DNA of 64,000 nt, taken from Alphaproteobacteria bacterium. GTDB lineage: Bacteria; Pseudomonadota; Alphaproteobacteria; SHVV01. The stretch spans positions 386,903 to 450,902 of the forward strand of contig CBDCYR010000005.1 of assembly GCA_965224275.1 (NCBI GenBank), written 5' to 3'. Under the pieces are notes generated by a model. It did not search any database. It saw nothing but the letters and a program-made list of their open reading frames with translations, and had not been told where the DNA came from. The first letter of the stretch is position 1; each line of letters opens with the position of its first letter. Made by a program: the position numbers and the translations under genes. Of this stretch, positions 58,925 through 64,000 are shown piece after piece.

Positions 58925-59881
58925 ATGACAAATGATGCACGACGTTCGATCATCGATATTCATTGTCATCCCTTCGGCAATCCGGCCTGCGACCTAACCG
59001 AGCATATCAAAGTGAAACGCGACGCCGTGTTGTTGAGACGCAAGCAACCGGATCTATTTGCCGAGCAATGGGGGGTTCTGGAAGATATTTCCGATCTATT
59101 GATCCACGACATGGATGAACGCGGCGTCGAAGTCGCGCTGGTTCAGGCCTCGGTCGGCGAACCCGCCGACAAAGTCGCGGAAGCAGTAAAGAAATATCCT
59201 GAGCGCTTCATCGGTCTGTGCAGTACTGGTCACTACGACTTTTATCCTGGCACTCACCCGGTTCTGGAGAAGCCCGACTACGTCAAACTGACCGAAGACA
59301 TTCGTTACCAGGTCGAGGAACTTGGATTTCGCGGGCTCGGAGAGGTCGCCGTGCGTTTATTCAGCAACGAATCGGCGCCGGACCGGATCGCCAAGGACAT
59401 GATCCCCCTGATGGAAATCCTCAATCAGCATAAGATTCCGGTGATGCTGCTAACCGCGTGGACTCAATTCGGGACGCCGCTCTACCATGGTCTCCCGCTT
59501 TATATGGACGATCTAGCCGAAAGCTTTCCCGACGTACCTATCGTCGTCATGAAGATGGGGCGGGGTTACGATTCCTTCTTCGAGATGGCGCTGGCACTCG
59601 CCACCAAGCACGACAATATTTATCTCGAGACCGCGCAAGCGCCTATGGCACACATTGAGCGCGCTGTACGCGAGGTCGGCGCCAGCCGGGTTGTCTTCGG
59701 CACCGATTGGTGCAGCACCTGGCGTCAGTTGGCTGCCCCAAATAACATGTTGGGGCTTGGGGTAGACGCTTTGGAGAAGGCGGATATCAGTGACGAGGAC
59801 CGCGACTGGATTCTCGGCAAGACGGCAGCGGAACTCTATAAAATCGATCTGTCCAAAATGGGTAGAAACGCCGTATCTTGA
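58925..59881 (+). CDS. Amidohydrolase-2 (PF04909) family protein, paralogue
   Basis: GAGGAGAACG RBS. Motifs IIDIHCHPFGNPACDLT, AWTQFGTPLYHG, KMGRGYDSFFE, FGTDW. Confidence 0.75.
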   Translation: MTNDARRSIIDIHCHPFGNPACDLTEHIKVKRDAVLLRRKQPDLFAEQWGVLEDISDLLIHDMDERGVEVALVQASVGEPADKVAEAVKKYPERFIGLCSTGHYDFYPGTHPVLEKPDYVKLTEDIRYQVEELGFRGLGEVAVRLFSNESAPDRIAKDMIPLMEILNQHKIPVMLLTAWTQFGTPLYHGLPLYMDDLAESFPDVPIVVMKMGRGYDSFFEMALALATKHDNIYLETAQAPMAHIERAVREVGASRVVFGTDWCSTWRQLAAPNNMLGLGVDALEKADISDEDRDWILGKTAAELYKIDLSKMGRNAVS

Positions 59882-60275
59882 GGTCAGAGTTGGCGTGAAG
59901 AAGAGCTCCATGAGTTGGCGTGGGAATTCATGAGTCCCTCGAGATACGCGAAGCCGCGAAAAAGGCCCATCCGACGCACCAGGCGGACTACGAAAATCTG
60001 ACGCGGCAGTAAGCCGCCATGCTGATGTCTGTGCCTTCGTGGGTGTCGCTGCTGGATGGATACGGTAAAGGCGAAGAAAGCGTCGGCAGGGCGGGCTGCG
60101 CCGATAGAACTTGGGGAAACCGGGTAAGACCACAATTCCGGCCTAATCGGGTGCTCATCCAATACGTCCGAACACCGCTCGCTTCGAGACGTAGTCCGTC
60201 AGAAAGTGGACATCGCCAGCCGGCGGGTAACGATCTGATACCAACCCATAACCCCGGTACTCGCAATCCTCGTCT

Positions 60276-61553
60276 CTAAGGTCCGATCAGTCGGGTCAGC
60301 ACCAGCGAGACGTCGGGCACGTATGTCACGATCCCGAGCGCGATGATGTTGATGATGATGAACGGCATCACGCCGCGGTAGATCGCTGCCAGCGGCGCCC
60401 GCAGCACCGACTGCACAACGAATATATTGAGCCCGAACGGCGGCGTGAACATGCCGATCTCAAGATTCATCACCATGATGATTCCGAAATGGATGAGATC
60501 GACGTCGGCGGCCTGCACGATCGGTATCAGCAGCGGCGTGAGGATGATGATCGCCGAGGTCGGATCGAGCAGGCAGCCGACCACCAACAGCAACAGGTTG
60601 ATGACCATCAGCACCGCCCACGGCTGTGCGCCGATGTCTTGAATAAAGGCGACGATCGCCTGCGGCACGCCACTGATCGTCAGCAGCCACGAATAGAGCC
60701 CGGCTGCGGCGATAATGATAAAGATCTGGGCGCAGACATAAGCCGTGCGTACCGCCGCTTCCCAAAGCCCGCGCAGATCGAGATCGCGGTAGGCAAACAT
60801 CGTAACGACAATCGCGTAGATGCTGGCGACCGCACCTGCTTCGGTGGGGTCGAAGATGCCCGAGTAAATACCGCCCAGGATGATCAACGGTGTCGCCAGC
60901 GCGAGAACCCCGCGACGGCTGGCGCCTATGAAATTGGCCAGGCTGAACGATTGGGTTTCACCAAGATTGTTGATCCGCGCGTAGACATAGATGTAGAGGG
61001 CCATCAGGGTCGCCAGCATGATGCCGGGGATGAATCCGGCGATGAACAGTTTCACCACCGATACCTCGGCCGAGCCGCCATACAGAATCATGGCAATCGA
61101 GGGCGGGATAATCACGGCAATCGCGCCAGAAGATGCCAGCACGCCGGACGAAAAGCTTTCGCTATAGCCGTTGTTGAGTAGCGGCTTGTACAACACCTGG
61201 CCCACCGCGGCGGTCGTCGCCGCGCCCGACCCGGACATCGCACCGAAGAACGCGCAACTGCCGACCGCCGTAATCGGCAGGCTGCCGCGCATTCCACCCG
61301 ACAGCGATAGAACCCACGTCACGATTCGATTTGAAAGACCGCCCCGGCTCATCAATTCGCCGGCAAAGATGAAAAATGGCGCCGCAAGGAACGACAGCTT
61401 GTCGACGCTGCCAAACATTTTGAGGTGCGCGATGGTGAGCGGCACGTCCATGAAAAGGAACAGCACGACCGCCGATGTCGTCATTAAAATGATGAAGACT
61501 GGGAAACCCAGCACCAGTAAGCCGATCGGCAGCAACACCATGACCCACGCCAT
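60276..61553 (-). CDS. dctM: TRAP transporter large permease (DctM family), second system
   Basis: 425 aa polytopic DctM-like protein. Confidence 0.85.
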   Translation of the reverse strand: MAWVMVLLPIGLLVLGFPVFIILMTTSAVVLFLFMDVPLTIAHLKMFGSVDKLSFLAAPFFIFAGELMSRGGLSNRIVTWVLSLSGGMRGSLPITAVGSCAFFGAMSGSGAATTAAVGQVLYKPLLNNGYSESFSSGVLASSGAIAVIIPPSIAMILYGGSAEVSVVKLFIAGFIPGIMLATLMALYIYVYARINNLGETQSFSLANFIGASRRGVLALATPLIILGGIYSGIFDPTEAGAVASIYAIVVTMFAYRDLDLRGLWEAAVRTAYVCAQIFIIIAAAGLYSWLLTISGVPQAIVAFIQDIGAQPWAVLMVINLLLLVVGCLLDPTSAIIILTPLLIPIVQAADVDLIHFGIIMVMNLEIGMFTPPFGLNIFVVQSVLRAPLAAIYRGVMPFIIINIIALGIVTYVPDVSLVLTRLIGP

Positions 61554-61641
61554 GTTTCGCGCGCCTACGCGTTGTCGCGTGAACGTGCCACGCGACGAGA
61601 TTGCGTCAAGGTTGTATCGACGTACGGGTCAGCCATAAAAC

Positions 61642-62211
61642 CTAAATACCGAGGTCTAATTTCTTGCCCGGCGAATCTTCCAGAAGCTCCTCGCGCACGT
61701 TCCCGAGCTCGCCTCTGATGTGGGCGCGAAACCGCGCGATGACAGCCACCATCATGAAGAAAAATCCGATCAACACCATCGAGTGGGGGATCACCATCGG
61801 GACCTCCGCGGCCACGCTGCGCTTACCGAACTCGACCTGCAGGACGGTCACCTCGAGTGATTGAATGACGATGAAGACGCAGATTGCCAAGAACAGCATC
61901 GTTGAGAGGAAATTGACGAATTCCTTCCACGGGCTCTTCAGCATCTGCGACAGGATATCCATCTTGAGATGATTGCCATCCCAGGTGACGAGAATCGCCG
62001 CGATGTAGATGAACGAAATCATCACATAGGTGAGAATTTCCTCGGCCCAGTAAAACGGCGCTAGGAAGATGTAGCGGGCGATAACGTTGGCGCCGGTGAC
62101 GGCGACGATCGAAAGAACCAATGTCCCGGCGATGAAACGCGGAACCGCGAAGATCACGCGCTCGATGCGCTGATTTCGTGCCCGCCTGTCCCCGCCTGGC
62201 GCTTCGCTCAT
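61642..62211 (-). CDS. dctQ: TRAP transporter small permease (DctQ family), second system
   Basis: 189 aa, hydrophobic segments, upstream of dctM on the same strand. Confidence 0.6.
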   Translation of the reverse strand: MSEAPGGDRRARNQRIERVIFAVPRFIAGTLVLSIVAVTGANVIARYIFLAPFYWAEEILTYVMISFIYIAAILVTWDGNHLKMDILSQMLKSPWKEFVNFLSTMLFLAICVFIVIQSLEVTVLQVEFGKRSVAAEVPMVIPHSMVLIGFFFMMVAVIARFRAHIRGELGNVREELLEDSPGKKLDLGI

Positions 62212-62351
62212 GCCGCGTCACCTCCCGCTCACACTCGCTGAAACCCGCAGAAACAAAGGGCTATCGAGCGTCGTTACCTTTACACTATCGAGATCGTTGG
62301 CTAAGCTCAACCGAGCGACCACGATCAAGAAATCCTAGGGAGGGAATTTAA

Positions 62352-63419
62352 ATGTCGTTAGCTGTATCCAGGATATTTGCGCGCTTTGCGCAGGCACTCG
62401 CGCTTGCGAGTCTCGCCGCGTTGATTGCGATACCAACCCAGCCGGCAGCCGCTGCCGACTTCACTATCAAGGTCGCGATTTTCCCGACCGACGAGATCCA
62501 TCATGAATGGGGCCGCTCATTCGAAGAGCGCCTAGAGAAAGCAACCAACGGCCGGATCGATGTCAAGCTGTTCCCCGGCCATTCGCTCGGCGGCATTGCC
62601 GAGATGGTCGATGGCGTTCAGGTTGGCACCATCGAGATCAGCATGCTGCCCCCCGGTTTCTTTAAGGGCGTCGACCCGCGCTATCAGGTCACCGACGTCC
62701 CCGGTCTGTTCGATGACATCGCGCACATTTCTCGCGCGCTGAGTTGTGACGAATTCCGTGCCCCCTTCATGAGCATGGCCGAAGACAAAGGCATGATCGG
62801 CATCTCGATCTTTGACTATGGGCCCACCGCCTATGCGTCGGTCAAACCGATCCGCAAACTCGCCGATTTCAAGGGCGCCAAGATGCGCGTGTTGGCGACC
62901 GACGTTGAGCGCGCCATCATTAAAGAATTCGGCGGCACCGGCATCCCGATGGGCATGGGCAATGTCATTCCGGCCCTGCAGCGCGGGCAGATCGACAGCG
63001 TGCGCAGCACCATCGTCGTTCTCGCGGCGCTGAAAATTTACGACGCCGCCAAATACATCACGCTCGTCGAGGATACCCACATCCCCGACATGGCGATGAT
63101 GAGCAAGAAGTTCTACGACAAGCTGCCGCCCGACCTGCAAAAGGCGGTGATTGATACCGGTCGTGAACTCGAGCGTTACATGGAAGATGTCGTCATCCGC
63201 TACGATCGTCGTGCCGGTAATATTTGGGAGAGCAAGGGCGGCGAAGTGATCCGACTGTCGACGGCGGAACGCGACGAATTCATGCGCCGTACCGCTCCAA
63301 TTGGCGACAAGGTCATGGGTGGCGATGCGAAACTCGCCCCGATGTACAACAAGCTGAAGGCATGCGCCGAGCGCACTCGCCTCACCGCGCACGAGCGCAA
63401 AAAAGGCTCAGGTCTCTAA
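62352..63419 (+). CDS. dctP: TRAP transporter substrate-binding protein (DctP family), second system, divergently transcribed from dctQM
   Basis: GGGAGGGAA RBS. Signal peptide with AAAA cleavage region. DctP-like body. Confidence 0.75.
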   Translation: MSLAVSRIFARFAQALALASLAALIAIPTQPAAAADFTIKVAIFPTDEIHHEWGRSFEERLEKATNGRIDVKLFPGHSLGGIAEMVDGVQVGTIEISMLPPGFFKGVDPRYQVTDVPGLFDDIAHISRALSCDEFRAPFMSMAEDKGMIGISIFDYGPTAYASVKPIRKLADFKGAKMRVLATDVERAIIKEFGGTGIPMGMGNVIPALQRGQIDSVRSTIVVLAALKIYDAAKYITLVEDTHIPDMAMMSKKFYDKLPPDLQKAVIDTGRELERYMEDVVIRYDRRAGNIWESKGGEVIRLSTAERDEFMRRTAPIGDKVMGGDAKLAPMYNKLKACAERTRLTAHERKKGSGL

Positions 63420-63440
63420 GACCAGGCGTCTCGAAAATCA

Positions 63441-63469
63441 GGGCCGGCTTAACCGCCGGCCCTTTTTTT
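63441..63469 (+). terminator. Rho-independent terminator: GGGCCGGCttaaccGCCGGCCC followed by TTTTTTT
   Basis: Seen in sequence, 22 bp after the dctP stop. Confidence 0.6.
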
Positions 63470-63535
63470 GCGCCTTGCCGGGGTGTTTTTGAGCCCCTAC
63501 GATCACGTGCGTACTGTTTAGGAGGGAGAAAAATA

Positions 63536-64000
63536 TGTTCCCAGTCACGCAAGTTGGCAGCTGGCCGCGATCGGAGAGCCTTCTCGCCGCCCTGAGCGAT
63601 CTCCAGCAAGGACGCATGTCGCGAGCGGAGTTCGACCGTGTCGCAGACGCTGAGGTGCGCCGCGCCGTTGAATTGCAGGTCGAAGCCGGCGTCGACATCA
63701 TCGTCGACGGCGAGCAGCGTCGCGACAACTTCGTCTCCTTCGTCACCGAGAAGTTGGATGGCACGCGCCTGATGTCGTTGACCGATAGCGCCGACAACGA
63801 AGACGGCTTTAGCGAGGAGTTGGCGGCCGCCGACGTGACCCCCGATTCGATCATGAATGCGGTCTGCGTCGGCAAGCTCGAACGCCGCGAACCGCTCGCC
63901 GTCGACGACTACAAGTTCGTCCGCGAATTGACCGACCGGCCGATCAAGGTGCCGCTTCCCGGACCCTATATTCTGATCCGTTCCATGTGGTCGCCAAAGT
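63536..64000 (+). CDS. Cobalamin-independent methionine synthase (MetE) C-terminal-domain-like / UROD-fold protein, 5' portion (runs off the window end)
   Basis: GGAGGGAGAAAAAT RBS then ATG 63536. MFPVTQVGSWPRSESLLAAL...DIIVDGEQRRDNFV matches the MetE-like family start. Confidence 0.55.

Noticed and set aside
1-64000. Search for CRISPR arrays, tRNA, rRNA and tmRNA genes
   Set aside because: No regularly spaced 25-40-bp direct repeats and no cloverleaf-like or rRNA-like segments were recognised by eye. Absence is not proven without tRNAscan or Infernal.

Overview
This window is a GC-rich (about 62%) accessory region, probably proteobacterial. It is a catabolic gene island heavily colonised by insertion sequences. 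No rRNA, tRNA or CRISPR array was recognised by eye.

Mobile elements:
- Five near-identical full-length copies of a 932-bp IS5-family element (IS427/IS1031-like), each with a 3-bp target-site duplication (TAA, TTA, TCA, TAA, TAA), plus one 111-bp internal fragment.
- Two near-identical, inverted copies of a 1394-bp IS256-family element with 8-9-bp duplications.
- One IS1182-family element whose transposase gene is split by the second IS256 copy.
- One IS110-family element.
- At least three IS5 insertions cut genes: the third of three tandem VanA-like Rieske oxygenase genes, an FAD-dependent oxidoreductase, and the last codons of an alpha/beta hydrolase.

Cargo genes, which look like catabolic functions for aromatic and N-heterocyclic compounds:
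- A molybdopterin hydroxylase large subunit (partial, runs off the 5' edge).
- Several Rieske non-heme-iron oxygenase alpha subunits (KshA/VanA type and others).
- A minus-strand operon of a NicX-like (M29-fold) protein, an isocitrate-lyase/PEP-mutase-family lyase and a LeuCD-like dehydratase.
- HyuA/HyuB hydantoinase/oxoprolinase subunits, two PaaK-like CoA ligases, two paralogous carbon-nitrogen hydrolases, enoyl-CoA hydratase and a family III CoA-transferase.
- At least six PF04909-type amidohydrolases, three of them close paralogues.
- SDRs, VOC proteins, alpha/beta hydrolases, a TetR regulator, a GGDEF protein and a class III nucleotidyl cyclase.
- Two TRAP transporter systems and a partial MetE-like gene at the 3' edge.

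The window also contains REP-like palindromic intergenic repeats, one of which was the target of the first IS256 copy, and a 69-bp tandem repeat full of hairpins.

Coordinates were derived by hand and may be off by 1-2 bp.
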